Assembly: GCA_002502625.1 (NCBI GenBank)
Contig: DAPV01000046.1
Span: 1 to 55,129 of the forward strand
From: Euryarchaeota archaeon UBA125
Lineage (GTDB): Archaea > Thermoplasmatota > Poseidoniia > Poseidoniales > Thalassarchaeaceae
Reading direction: 5' to 3'
Length of the DNA: 55,129 nt
The first letter of the stretch is position 1; every line of letters starts with the position of its first letter. Shown here one piece after another: positions 22,801 to 30,499 of this stretch. A model generated the notes under the pieces. It did no database searches, was not told the origin of the DNA, and saw only the letters and a list, made by a program, of their open reading frames with translations. A program made the position numbers and the translations under genes.

Positions 22801-22860
22801 GATCCGTACTCCAGTGTGGCGAAAGTGGGGGAAAGGCTCCGACAACATACGTTCAACCAT
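13891..22860 (-). CDS. Giant (2989 aa) membrane-anchored protein: TSP3-like repeats, transglutaminase-like domain, Ig-like repeats, TM helix, DUF4129-like C-terminus
   Basis: DxDGDG...DP repeats in the first ~750 aa; GTCDDW...ARLAGLPARKVTGY...WVEVH...GWVPF; repeated V-x-G-x-L-x-D...T-D-x-x-G beta modules; C-terminal ETVREF...FEEARYS. Confidence 0.85.
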   Translation of the reverse strand: MVERMLSEPFPHFRHTGVRIKCRSVLLTMLMVFASLAALEFARWEAYASSDADGDGLTYGLEFLLNTQPQDWDSDNDELPDGWEWFHGLNPLDASSLTVNGSLGDPDGDSLSNKDEYQYGMPSNWDSPSTPNVLDNGVWWNGTVPTRNWDEESAMQANQGTGSDGADEDPMGNICADGMDNDRDGLVDAADPDGDGDVDCSSDDDDGDGDIDEDPDGYDTDNDGMNDGWEVSNGLDPTVRTGSDGPNGDPDGDGLINIKEYVNPSWTTQNSGTPYFMPGAPNQQRTETESPCNPVLGIGPNGCATLTAEVDGVTSTNPQRSDTDGDGLNDSYEALTLLTDPTDSDTDSDGISDGNEVNGQYGSPAQASDPRDNNTDDDPFDDGEEDINGNGVIDGGNETDPTRAEDSGDFDNDGIENWEENLTCTGWNVADTDFGGVIDGLERTTGFNTDPCQSTVDFVTTYSSYDASTQVLFIANASGFGPDFFDWRPTSPGRIGYYNLSNGSLVPFSFQQADVISSPHRLIGVSVSPPATTSTVIHKNGSWCWDANIQPSSNDPWCDDDYYDHDEDGISDWEENFGFWGFQSDPFDVDSDNDTVNDLDEILNGTDPLEPCDNNRDTDGDSLNDYFENNTGCPLFYVPGMGGNGSSDSFLTDYESVDTDVGGVWDGQEYLDGTNPQNNPSDDLNPADTDGDGIPDAIENNTGTNWLDPDTDGGGMTDYQECPPAFWPTNCAGSGQDPFDPTDDIIENQVIFWANNTSLNVDPALVHYWRTYTYDSYTGVDYGVNTSLVVLNSMSPGFTDNNWIASTNFHNNTTSWEYTFPFMLQPGSNVPHHWSTTQFNGWADPTAGLNHTNYTHDVPLTDVTLDFLIADAPEIWFSDSVRSNSTAYSGSTYALDLPSYFTDNSLPESEVNNITQSVITSSGALSAWEKMEALADFIENGNATFTPRLNYDGSGYPQGGGPDLVQFVLIDSKEGTCDDWTTVLTTMARLAGLPARKVTGYIDGSWHGTGYEVLGLNYGSWVEVHMQTNSALGNAEMGWVPFNACPPDEDVEILNAEWGPLFIERDGSSGQTYLNGTLVYSSNQSAVPGVILDLYLVPLVSAGDVPGSAAQPSRQIGSAITAANGTFSLKGNPAEYIPPGYGALVVETIPSGYVGSNGIFDNYIVNVSDNVNVTIEAPLPVDEPVFGAGSNTTLSGRLQIENIPQTDVTLLDDWDLDGDSNPDGFSFVWFNFTSSISGAQSYTTSIGPTGFFEIIIFLDENETQGLNNATIEFPGWHEADLQNGSSPLYHLRPLSQVVTMNVTPAPNLDIVLEGPSANNSLLEINDTIFMNGTVLSRGLNPVPMEGTLYLQMRVNGSGAPYTDISSWILNSTTWSGNPGNFSLSWFMDPSMVPISPGFVDIRFTFDSSTLEADDQVFMPPGFGLKSFVTFDYLFDPIQRDQMELINIAMFDHTGGTEQPFNGTYQTEINGVLVNTTIDPEDGGFTFDYTSPIVPAGDYPLWINYSGSTWYDAASNNTTIRISGLGTVSATLGQSWTHIGDSNYVTGEIRDSNITGSPLILNNNSSIILTMELPGTGPSGPMGEPPAPDIVDLGSGWLNTSTGLYNVSFVIPSFVGAGVFDLVIASDFSISPPIGGAYYSTEEGASILIGVESESVLNAIDPPSTVIAGDVLEVNVSVIDVADGSNITGAAVQMIWDWDGPNNQTLSSATSGNQDGIARFNPTIPVGTDPGYYDVRILMPDDVTDPLSTGSARWIGNYTDLNITVLVPTSVVIDSIVPPTFITAGSTFVVEGSVEDFNDPNRNFSGPIDVTVFFEGDPSEILISSYTTAVNGTFNITVPTDPLLDGITSGNKTLLIQVLEDTNPFYLPSNISQPVLVKGVTGFSQISPLIPVIVNRGDSIEFGATLVEESDQDRPLSNQTISATFHETTLADEITNDTGVVRFNFSIPSSHPLGMINIQLDYSGNFTLIGSNRTFSTVTVRTITILVVDSISANPVAGDTFNVSGTLASENGSGIIDRNGNNLLPVLGFTIDGFTDSFTVVNGTVYDGNWTASITLDQDFPRGNHTVNATYTPGVNYFLGSTNGTVFDSRGYTVLDFSDPLDLDPDRRTIRGDNITVALSLLDNAGAPVENASINISINGLISFEIFTDENGIGIGNFSVPSTWVAGPLTINATHDGIPGTTGVLGDSTFTRVVILAPTILTIDSIEGDLIAGQTIIVNGTLLDEHGSSLLNETGEAVGGLIHLAIDGEDTGSGTIVQSDPISGSWSISYTLPLETTPGPHNATAFFLGGFLWVDPMGQGDSLNPEYYLESTDTLGFGVSVPTEIRLFGGNTDVTREELLDLTGVLVDIVERPIPDMTLSVWMNGQFLTNVTSDDEGVVSILYPVPSDMPLGTQNVEVRFAGAPLYLPSNATTTFDVYAPIVVTVDTIDTAAVGDTVTITGTIRDNIPENWVPGHIVTIRVDNSIIGSATTEVDGSWSLDWIVGPAFSIGVHEIVAYSEPQGFYLGGESNTSIVIKHNAEITNLVVDEGGVATRGETWNLSGILVDGDTSPRIPIEGAIITIEVDGIILTTITTDSSGAFSTQIPVLVSYERGLHTIRVSYDGNDQFIGAESNATAYTWSDVTIEILDVSDNNIRSNQSHPIEITGRIVEIGGTGNTVTDSDISLIWAGAVESDAIITWDNATGQFKILLIGRSPMQGDLEFTVRMAQDSSRFFNEAEKVGIDAFLMVPASFTASSVEVGLNSREIIGTITVTATDTGERIANVSMTALLFNQTSEIFQFGKLSDENGIFEYTFFSLEPQPTFSDTAHWGSFEIRLNTTSPLIAPDDRGDLLNLVVDLTYVQVDESNSMLSPSSIAIFAIILLAAAGAVIQMRRKQSTIEEIQDIFTYTAELLAAGDEIREAIFNCYEDLCLVLMQNGFLRRDFETVREFEMAIRQALPIRESALEALDQVFEEARYSSHEMGDSHKAAAQEALSNVVSEIQNMAEIPAR

Positions 22861-22930
22861 ACCTCAGGGTGTCTTGAAGGGTCTTAAGGGAAATGGAGCG
22901 AAGTTCATACGCACTGCGTATTGAAGAATA

Positions 22931-25870
22931 TCATTCAATTAATTCAATATCTAAATCAAATTCATCTTCTTCTTCTTCAACTTCAGCAATTGTAGGAGGT
23001 AAATCATCAAGATCATCCATATCAAATTCTTCTTCATCATCATCAAATTCTTCTTCATCAAATTCGTCAACCCAACGTCGACGATTTCGACGATTCTGTA
23101 CACCTAGAACAACAATCAAAAGTGTAACTACAGCTGAAATTAAAGTTACAGGACTAGGATTCATAACTTCATTACGAATTCTTAGAACAATATCTTGAAT
23201 CTCTACATTCATTACCAGATTGAGTTCTGACTTAGCATTTTCATATTCTTCTCCACCTTCATCTGCAAAAGTCTTAGGTGACGCAGAAATAGTGAATGAA
23301 ACCGTTTCTCCCTGTCTAGCATCCTGAGGTGCGTTAATTACTACTACAAAGGAAATATCGGAATAAGGAGCAACCATGACTAAATCTCCACCTCCACCAC
23401 CTATTTCAGCATCCCATCCGTCACAAGAAGTGGCCGAGTCAGAACATTCAATATCGATTTCTACTATCAATTCTTGATTCCCTTTATTCTTAACACGCAT
23501 CTGTAATGAGCGTTCTTCATTAGGTTGAATACCAGGATTATTAGAAACTTGAACGACTTCTAAAGAAATCGAACCCGGACCTATTTCAACAATGAATGGC
23601 ATATCGAAATAACGCGCATTTGAATCGGAGGAATCCTCCATGACCCTCAAGTAAAGGGTGTGTGACCCCATTTCAACCTCATCGGGAGGGGCAATTGAAA
23701 GATGGACTTCTTCACTCTGTTGAGGTGCTAATTGAAGCATAGGGACACTATCTCCTGAATCATCAGTTATTCTGAAAACCCATTGAGAATACATTTCATC
23801 AACATCTAAATTTCTTTGAAGTTCAGCCGGATCCATTAATCTCCAAGGAGTGCTTGTGGAGCCCTCTTGAAGACTATTCGTGACCATCAACCTCATTGAC
23901 ATGCCATTCTGAATACAGGCTGTTTTGTTTACTGTTCCAAGAGGAGCGCCATCGCAATCGAATATTGGCGTCGCCTGAATTCCAAATGTTCTCTGAATAG
24001 TAAACTGAACTGTAGACTTCTTAGTAGAGTTACCTTCGCTAGTTACTTCAAGATGGATTAAACCCAAATCAGGATCAGAACGATCATCTGATGGTTTAAC
24101 TCTAATCTGAAGTACTTGAGTAGAATGTCTACCCAATAATGCAGTATGATAAGTTCCATCTCCTTCATCTTCTAGAAGTCTGATACCTGTATCATTATCA
24201 AAAACCTGTATAATCGATTTAGAACGTTCTAATACGTCTACTCTAAATTCATCTGTATCAAAACCATTGTTCCAAATTTCCATTATGAATGTAGTGAATG
24301 TTCCATCTTCTACAAATCTAGGAATAGTTGTATCAAACGAATCAGGTCTAGAACTGTTATCATATTGTGCTGTTAAATTATTATCCCACATGCTTACCAT
24401 CGGTGGAGCGTAGACATCTGATTTCTCTAAATCAAGATATAATGATTCTTGACTAACAATCTCAGGTTGACCATCTACTACAGCTTCAGCAACTGCACGT
24501 ATGTGTAATTGCGTAGGAGAGTTAGCTAAATCTTGAGGAGCCTGAAGAGTAAGAATTGGATTCACTATTGACCCTCCTTCATTGAGATTATATCCTGCAG
24601 GGGCATCAAACGAAACATTCCAATTAGAATTGAAACTTGTAACTAGACTTAGACTAACCGACATCTGGTCATTTGTACCCCTGTGCATCAATTGTAGAGG
24701 AATTGCTGTCACTTGAGATGGAGCGATATACTCGGTAGAACGACTGTCACCGTGCCTTAGAGCAACTCCATATTTGTTCATAATAATATTCTCATGCTCA
24801 ATTACAATCGAATTACCTCCAATGTCTGAAATTTCTAAAGATACCTGATATTCTCCATCCTCGAGCCCTCCAGGATATTCCCAATTATATGTTCCTGCAA
24901 TAGACCAAGAGGTATCTTCAACTCCTTCGATAGATCCAGTAATTGGCTCGTCTACTGGTAAAGAACCACTGGGGTTGAGAACTGATAATCGAACTGTATT
25001 GATATCGAAACGCCCAAACGCACTCTTGACTTCAAATCTAAATTGCATTGTCCTTTCTGAGATTATATCATTTGGATACCAATCAATCTGAACACCATCA
25101 ATAACGTCTGCTCCATCTTTCTGGACTAACAAAATACTGTTAGATAAAGCGTTAGATTTAACTTCAATCATTGTAAATTGATCTGCTCCTCCATCAATTG
25201 CCCCAAAATATAATGTTGCTGAACAGTCTGTATTACCAAATTGTCTGGCTTCAGTCTCTGGACCACCAGGAGGATCTGTTCCCCCTCCTGAAGAATCACA
25301 GCCACTCATGTCGGCACTAACTCGGATTGTAAACTGATTATCTTGTAAGACGGTGAAACCTGCAGCAAGAGGAATCTCGATTGAGGCTTCTCGACTACCA
25401 CAACTACTACCAAACGATTGTTGGCATGCATCAAATTCTTTATCCTCTTCTGAAATAATTTGACCATCATTCAAAATCTGAACAGTAAACGTAGCTTTAG
25501 CTGAATCTGTACCTGCAACTGCTTTGTACCACATAGTAAATTCAATCTCACCAGAATATCCTTCCATGTATAAATCTGAAAGCATTCTTGGAGATTTGAA
25601 TTCAGCTGTTTCATCAGACACTACTATCTCTTTCTGAGAACCTGTAGGTTCCATTGTTGTAAGGAATCCATCGCCCCCCGCAGTATCATTCTTGTCACCA
25701 ACGAAAATTTCGTAATCATACAATTGTTCATTGGTGTAAGATATATCGTCTTCCAAAGGAAGAGAAAAAGGCGTAGAAACAGTAGCAGCAAAGGAACTGA
25801 ACATGAAAACTAATGACAATAAAATCGCTCGCACAAATGGGCGTCGGGAGGTATAATGCACGCTCATCAT
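22931..25870 (-). CDS. Large membrane-anchored surface protein with Ig-like domains and an acidic C-terminal tail
   Basis: Signal-like RRPFVRAILLSLVFMF; beta-rich body; TM VTLISAVVTLLIVVLGV then RRNRRR and a D/E-rich tail; start uncertain. Confidence 0.8.
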   Translation of the reverse strand: MMSVHYTSRRPFVRAILLSLVFMFSSFAATVSTPFSLPLEDDISYTNEQLYDYEIFVGDKNDTAGGDGFLTTMEPTGSQKEIVVSDETAEFKSPRMLSDLYMEGYSGEIEFTMWYKAVAGTDSAKATFTVQILNDGQIISEEDKEFDACQQSFGSSCGSREASIEIPLAAGFTVLQDNQFTIRVSADMSGCDSSGGGTDPPGGPETEARQFGNTDCSATLYFGAIDGGADQFTMIEVKSNALSNSILLVQKDGADVIDGVQIDWYPNDIISERTMQFRFEVKSAFGRFDINTVRLSVLNPSGSLPVDEPITGSIEGVEDTSWSIAGTYNWEYPGGLEDGEYQVSLEISDIGGNSIVIEHENIIMNKYGVALRHGDSRSTEYIAPSQVTAIPLQLMHRGTNDQMSVSLSLVTSFNSNWNVSFDAPAGYNLNEGGSIVNPILTLQAPQDLANSPTQLHIRAVAEAVVDGQPEIVSQESLYLDLEKSDVYAPPMVSMWDNNLTAQYDNSSRPDSFDTTIPRFVEDGTFTTFIMEIWNNGFDTDEFRVDVLERSKSIIQVFDNDTGIRLLEDEGDGTYHTALLGRHSTQVLQIRVKPSDDRSDPDLGLIHLEVTSEGNSTKKSTVQFTIQRTFGIQATPIFDCDGAPLGTVNKTACIQNGMSMRLMVTNSLQEGSTSTPWRLMDPAELQRNLDVDEMYSQWVFRITDDSGDSVPMLQLAPQQSEEVHLSIAPPDEVEMGSHTLYLRVMEDSSDSNARYFDMPFIVEIGPGSISLEVVQVSNNPGIQPNEERSLQMRVKNKGNQELIVEIDIECSDSATSCDGWDAEIGGGGGDLVMVAPYSDISFVVVINAPQDARQGETVSFTISASPKTFADEGGEEYENAKSELNLVMNVEIQDIVLRIRNEVMNPSPVTLISAVVTLLIVVLGVQNRRNRRRWVDEFDEEEFDDDEEEFDMDDLDDLPPTIAEVEEEEDEFDLDIELIE

Positions 25871-25976
25871 GTGTACCGTGGCACCTCGACAGTTAAACGG
25901 TTTGCGCGCAACTGTGCTCAATAGGCGTTTCTAACAAAGCGGTTCGTTCATGAGGAGGTAGTGATTCGGGTGGGGT

Positions 25977-26060
25977 GCGGAGGTAGCCGAGCCTGGTCAA
26001 AGGCGCTGGAGTTAAGTTCCAGTACGTAACGTTTCGTGGGTTCAAATCCCACCCCCCGCA
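25977..26060 (+). tRNA. tRNA-Leu (anticodon UAA), no intron, CCA not fully encoded
   Basis: Acceptor GCGGAGG/CCCCCGC+A; D arm GCCGAGCCTGGTCAAAGGC; anticodon arm CTGGA-GTTAAGT-TCCAG; long variable arm; T arm GTGGG-TTCAAAT-CCCAC. Confidence 0.93.
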
Positions 26061-26061
26061 C

Positions 26062-26994
26062 CTATTCTTCTTCTAGGTAAGATGTGAATGGAATTGCACC
26101 GACTTCTCTGAGGCCATCAATCATTTCACCAATCAGGCATTGCCCCTCAGCAGCAGGAAGATCACATCTTACTCTTCTCTCTCCAAAGAGTAATGTTAGG
26201 CCCCAAGCTTGGGTTGCATCAATATCTTTGAATTCAGATAGAGCAAATGTTTCAGCAGGCAAACGAAATAATCCTAATAATTTCCCAGATACTGAAACTC
26301 CAGATTCACTAATAATTATTCGATGGTTCCCTTCAAAAATTCTGTTAGATCGATTCAGGAAAACTATCAAAATCAATGATACAAAAACCCCTAAGGCCCA
26401 ACCATAAGACATTCCGTATTGACTGAATCCAATTATATTTCCAGAAAATAATAGTGAGAGTGGACCTAACACTAAACTGCATGCAAGTAAGAGAGCAGCA
26501 AAAAGAAAACCAACAGCAGGAATTTCACTTGGAAGATCCATGATTACTTCTTTTTCTCTAACACTAACAGAACCACTCATGGATGGAGTTCTAACAGGAC
26601 GTGGCCAACGACCGGGGTGACGTGCTATCTGCTGAAGAACCGTAAGACCATGTTCATCCCTTTCTACTATTCGTCCAGTATGCTCTATTAATCGAGAGCT
26701 ACCTAATTTCGCTATCTCTTCCGCAACAGATAACGCATCCGATTCAGAACCCAATGAAATTAAAGGACGAGGCCCTTCTTTGCTTTCTAGTAAAATTCTC
26801 CAAGTTGGAACCAATGAGCGCTCAATCTTCTCAGTTCGAATAGCCAATATTTCTCCGGGTTCGTACCTAGCCTCTGCATCTTCGATTTGAATTAACACCG
26901 AACCTGAATCTTCTGAAAACCTCATAGTTGATTGAACTGAAATCTCCAATAGACCATTCTTGGCCCTGTTCGAACCGAATGCGCGCCAAGTCAT
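26062..26994 (-). CDS. Hypothetical membrane protein
   Basis: 310 aa; two central hydrophobic helices flanked by soluble beta-rich segments. Confidence 0.7.
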   Translation of the reverse strand: MTWRAFGSNRAKNGLLEISVQSTMRFSEDSGSVLIQIEDAEARYEPGEILAIRTEKIERSLVPTWRILLESKEGPRPLISLGSESDALSVAEEIAKLGSSRLIEHTGRIVERDEHGLTVLQQIARHPGRWPRPVRTPSMSGSVSVREKEVIMDLPSEIPAVGFLFAALLLACSLVLGPLSLLFSGNIIGFSQYGMSYGWALGVFVSLILIVFLNRSNRIFEGNHRIIISESGVSVSGKLLGLFRLPAETFALSEFKDIDATQAWGLTLLFGERRVRCDLPAAEGQCLIGEMIDGLREVGAIPFTSYLEEE

Positions 26995-27045
26995 GTACTG
27001 TCGCCTATACTCTAACTATTTCATCGGTGTTGTTTTCCGAAGGGC

Positions 27046-28095
27046 ATGGACGGCGATTCGACAAGTGTCGATATGATCTCGGCATCGACCCTTCACCCAC
27101 TAGCAAAAGAAGAGATAATTGCAAGTCTTGAAGGGTATCAACATCGAGCGAGTGGCTTTAGCGAACCATCATTTTTAATTTCTCAACAATTAGAAAAAAG
27201 AAGAAACGATTTAGAAATTTTGCTAGGAAGTAAGGGGACAATTTGGTTCACATCAGGTGCAGATGAATCAGCAACTTGGGCCATAAGGGGACTTCTTTCT
27301 ACAAATTCGAAAAAAGGAAGTAAAATAGATGTAAAGGAAGATGCTCATATCTCTTTAATCAATGCTGCAAAAAGATTCGGAGGTGATTCAGGAAAAACAG
27401 TCATTTCTGCTGCATCGGCCATGGACATTGAAACGGGTAGAATATTAGATTTGAAGAATTGGAATGACGACGCAATTCAACGACATGGGTCACCTAGGAA
27501 GGTATTGGATGCCAGAGGAGCAATAGGAAGAATCTCAATATCAGAAATGTCACTTTTTGCAGATGCAATTATACTTGATTCAGAAAGTTTTGGGGGCCCC
27601 ATGGGAATTGGAGCATTATGGATCAAACATGGAGTACGTATTCAACCATTGATTGAAGGGAGTGGTCAAGAAAAAGGACGAAGAGGAGGAACTGTACCTG
27701 TAGGACTTGTTAATGCATTTGTTGAGGTAGCAATCCAACTAGAAGAAAACAGAATTAAAAATACCAAATTATGGAATCAATTGCATAACAGATTAGAATC
27801 AAGGATTATACAAAATGGAGGAGAAATCTTCGGCGTAGATCAAGAAAGAGCTCCAGGAATCACTTGTCTAAGTCTCCCTGGTCCCCCAGCAGAGATTTAT
27901 CTTCAACACTTAGAGCAAAGAGGGTTTATCGCAGCACCAAGTAGTGGGTGCACTGCAACTGCAGGTAAACCGTCACATGTACTTACTTCGATGGGTATAA
28001 AAAATGAAACTGCACTGAGAGCTATCAGAATTAGTCTACAGCCAGATACTACCGAAGAGATATTAGAAAATTTGATCAATGCACTGTTAAATTAA
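27046..28095 (+). CDS. IscS/NifS-like class V aminotransferase-fold protein lacking the PLP lysine
   Basis: FTSGADES, FGGPMGIGAL, GSGQEKGRRGGT, SSGCTA..PSHVL, IRISL; the SxHK motif reads DSES. Confidence 0.8.
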   Translation: MDGDSTSVDMISASTLHPLAKEEIIASLEGYQHRASGFSEPSFLISQQLEKRRNDLEILLGSKGTIWFTSGADESATWAIRGLLSTNSKKGSKIDVKEDAHISLINAAKRFGGDSGKTVISAASAMDIETGRILDLKNWNDDAIQRHGSPRKVLDARGAIGRISISEMSLFADAIILDSESFGGPMGIGALWIKHGVRIQPLIEGSGQEKGRRGGTVPVGLVNAFVEVAIQLEENRIKNTKLWNQLHNRLESRIIQNGGEIFGVDQERAPGITCLSLPGPPAEIYLQHLEQRGFIAAPSSGCTATAGKPSHVLTSMGIKNETALRAIRISLQPDTTEEILENLINALLN

Positions 28096-28497
28096 TCATT
28101 TTATTCTACTGAAAGAACATCCAATTTCACCTTCGCCTTCGATGACTGCAAGTTTAGATACAGATACGGAGGCACCAATTACTTCTGGAGGATGTAAACA
28201 TCCTTCGAGAATCTCAGAAGCCAACGACTCCAACAAATTAAAACGCCTTGAGATTACGATTTGATTAACTAAAGTTCTTAGATAATCGTAATCAACAACA
28301 GCATCGATTTCATCCCTTACAGGAGATGATGAACCAGAAATATGGACCTCAATATCAAATGAAACTGGCTGTAGAACTCCTTGTTCATGAGGAAGTATTC
28401 CAATATCTATGTCTATTTTCCAGTTTTTGACAAATAAAGATGTGACACCCTCAGATCTTTGAGATAAAATATCTACTAGAATACTACTTTCAGTCAT
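28096..28497 (-). CDS. folB: Dihydroneopterin aldolase
   Basis: IGILPHEQ..QPVSFDIEV, VDYD, FNLLESLA, VSVSK; ATG at 28497 overlaps the upstream stop region. Confidence 0.8.
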   Translation of the reverse strand: MTESSILVDILSQRSEGVTSLFVKNWKIDIDIGILPHEQGVLQPVSFDIEVHISGSSSPVRDEIDAVVDYDYLRTLVNQIVISRRFNLLESLASEILEGCLHPPEVIGASVSVSKLAVIEGEGEIGCSFSRIK

Positions 28498-29290
28498 CAA
28501 GACCCTCCGTTTCAAAAACAACATCCCGAGACCTGCCAAGCAAATGCTCTCCAGCATCAACTACCAAAGATTGAGCAGTAACTGATTTTGCCCTAAATAA
28601 GAAAGTGACCGCTTCTGCAATATCACTTGGAGAGGGACCATATCCTAACGGAGATTCAGATTGAGCTTTTTCAAATCCTGATGACGTTTGATCGGGGCTG
28701 GCTAAGACATGTCCAGGGAGAACCGCATTTACTCGACAGAATGGGGCGAATTCTTTGGCCATCATGATGGTTGCTCCCGATAATGCATGCTTACTCAAAG
28801 TGTATGAAAAATGGTCAGGATGAGGGGCGACCAGTTTTTGATCAAGTATATTCACAATACAGGGTGAAATTTTTTGTTCAAAACTAGAGACATCAATTTC
28901 TTTGAGGTAGTTGTACAGAAGACTAGATAGTAAAATAGGTGCTATAGAATTCACCTTGTAATGAGAAATAAGAGATTCAGATTTAACATTTGAAGGGGCA
29001 TCCCATTGAAACATACTGGCACAATTAACTAATCCTACGAGTGTGGTGTCATTTGGAAGGGATTCTATTGAATCACTGAACAGTTTTTGAGGAGAATCTA
29101 ACGATTCAAGATTTCCTTCAACAATTGTACAACTTGATCCTAATGAACGAATTTCATCAGCAACCAAATTTATCCCATTATCTACTGATCGAGTTTGTAT
29201 AACGACATGGAAACCACTGGATGCAAGAGACAAAGAGATAGAGCGACCAATACGACGGCCCCCACCTGTGACCAATACTGCCCCATTCAT
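28490..29290 (-). CDS. Pteridine reductase-like SDR (FolM/PTR1 type)
   Basis: TGGGRRIG (Arg-containing motif of FolM/PTR1), NILDQ, YTLSK; coupled to folB. Confidence 0.75.
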   Translation of the reverse strand: MNGAVLVTGGGRRIGRSISLSLASSGFHVVIQTRSVDNGINLVADEIRSLGSSCTIVEGNLESLDSPQKLFSDSIESLPNDTTLVGLVNCASMFQWDAPSNVKSESLISHYKVNSIAPILLSSLLYNYLKEIDVSSFEQKISPCIVNILDQKLVAPHPDHFSYTLSKHALSGATIMMAKEFAPFCRVNAVLPGHVLASPDQTSSGFEKAQSESPLGYGPSPSDIAEAVTFLFRAKSVTAQSLVVDAGEHLLGRSRDVVFETEGLDD

Positions 29291-29375
29291 ATTATGACGC
29301 CAATGACTGAAGATTTGAGTATACCGATGAAGTAAATTTAGCGAACGGTTAATCGGGTAGGGCTCAAACAGAGGG

Positions 29376-30443
29376 GTGAATCACATGGAGCCGATGCGCC
29401 TACCTGTTGTTGAAACAGTAGATATTGCACCTTCAGGATGCTCGACTGGTACAACATTATCACCAAAAGAAAAGAGAAAAGCATTGAGGAAAAGACTCCC
29501 TGCATGGTTCAAAACCGCCCTTCCAACGGGAGAAGCCCAAGACCGATTTAATTTCACAAAATCAACGATTGAGGGTGGATCTCTCAATACTGTTTGTGAA
29601 GAAGCAAGGTGTCCGAATATTCACGATTGTTGGGGAAGAGGAACTGCTACATTCATGATTGCAGGTGAAGAATGCACTAGAGGATGCAGATTTTGTGCAG
29701 TTGGAACCATAAAAACTCCATTACCGCTTGATCCTGATGAGCCAAAAAGACTAGCTGATGCTGTAAAAGACATGGCATTATCATATGTTGTAATTACAGT
29801 GGTAAATAGAGATGATTTACCAGACGGAGGTGCATCTCACTACAGAAACTGTATAGACGCAATTCATGAAGTTAGACCCGATATGGGATTGGAATTATTG
29901 TGCAGTGACTTAGATGGAAACTTCGAGGCTCTTTCCAACCTCCTTGAAGGGGCCCCTTTAGACGTTTTCGCGCATAATGTAGAATGTGTTCCTCGCATGG
30001 ATTCCAAAGTTAGAGACCCAAGAGCATCATTTACTCAATCAAAGAAAATATTACAAGAAGCAAAAAGAATCAGACCGGATATCCTTACAAAAACTAGCAT
30101 CATGGTAGGAGTAGGAGAAACTGATGAAGAGATTTCAGACACAATGAGAGATCTTCGAACAATAGATGTGGATTTACTTACAATTGGACAATATCTTCAA
30201 CCATCAGATAAACATCTACCCATTGATAGATTCCCAGAGCCATCCAGATATGCCGATTGGGATACTGAAGCAAGGGAAATGGGATACAAAGGAGTTGCTT
30301 GTGGACCATTAGTTCGTTCATCTTTTAGAGCAGGGTTGCTAAAAGACGAGGCCTATGGCGCTCCTCCAGCTGTTACTAGATCACAAACTAACTCTGCTAT
30401 TTCTCATCTGAGTTTTAGCGATTCGTTACTTGAGAGAATATAG
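29376..30443 (+). CDS. lipA: Lipoyl synthase (radical SAM)
   Basis: CEEARCPNIHDC, CTRGCRFC, IGQYLQP, VRSSF. Confidence 0.96.
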   Translation: MNHMEPMRLPVVETVDIAPSGCSTGTTLSPKEKRKALRKRLPAWFKTALPTGEAQDRFNFTKSTIEGGSLNTVCEEARCPNIHDCWGRGTATFMIAGEECTRGCRFCAVGTIKTPLPLDPDEPKRLADAVKDMALSYVVITVVNRDDLPDGGASHYRNCIDAIHEVRPDMGLELLCSDLDGNFEALSNLLEGAPLDVFAHNVECVPRMDSKVRDPRASFTQSKKILQEAKRIRPDILTKTSIMVGVGETDEEISDTMRDLRTIDVDLLTIGQYLQPSDKHLPIDRFPEPSRYADWDTEAREMGYKGVACGPLVRSSFRAGLLKDEAYGAPPAVTRSQTNSAISHLSFSDSLLERI

Positions 30444-30499
30444 ATCTAGAAGAGATGCTTCATCGGAATGATATTATCGCACCGACTTAACTCAGTACC

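Noticed and set aside
15161-23198. Numerous short plus-strand ORFs, including the Ser-rich ORF at 22893-23198
   Set aside because: Antisense shadows of the large minus-strand genes; the Ser/Pro/Ile bias mirrors Asp/Glu/Gly codons on the coding strand.
27046-28095. Calling the IscS-like gene a pseudogene or a functional cysteine desulfurase
   Set aside because: The frame is intact with conserved C-terminal motifs, so it is not evidently a pseudogene, but the PLP lysine is missing, so iscS was not assigned.
25977-29290. Integrated element at tRNA-Leu
   Set aside because: No integrase gene, and I saw no duplicated tRNA 3' end (att site) in the window.
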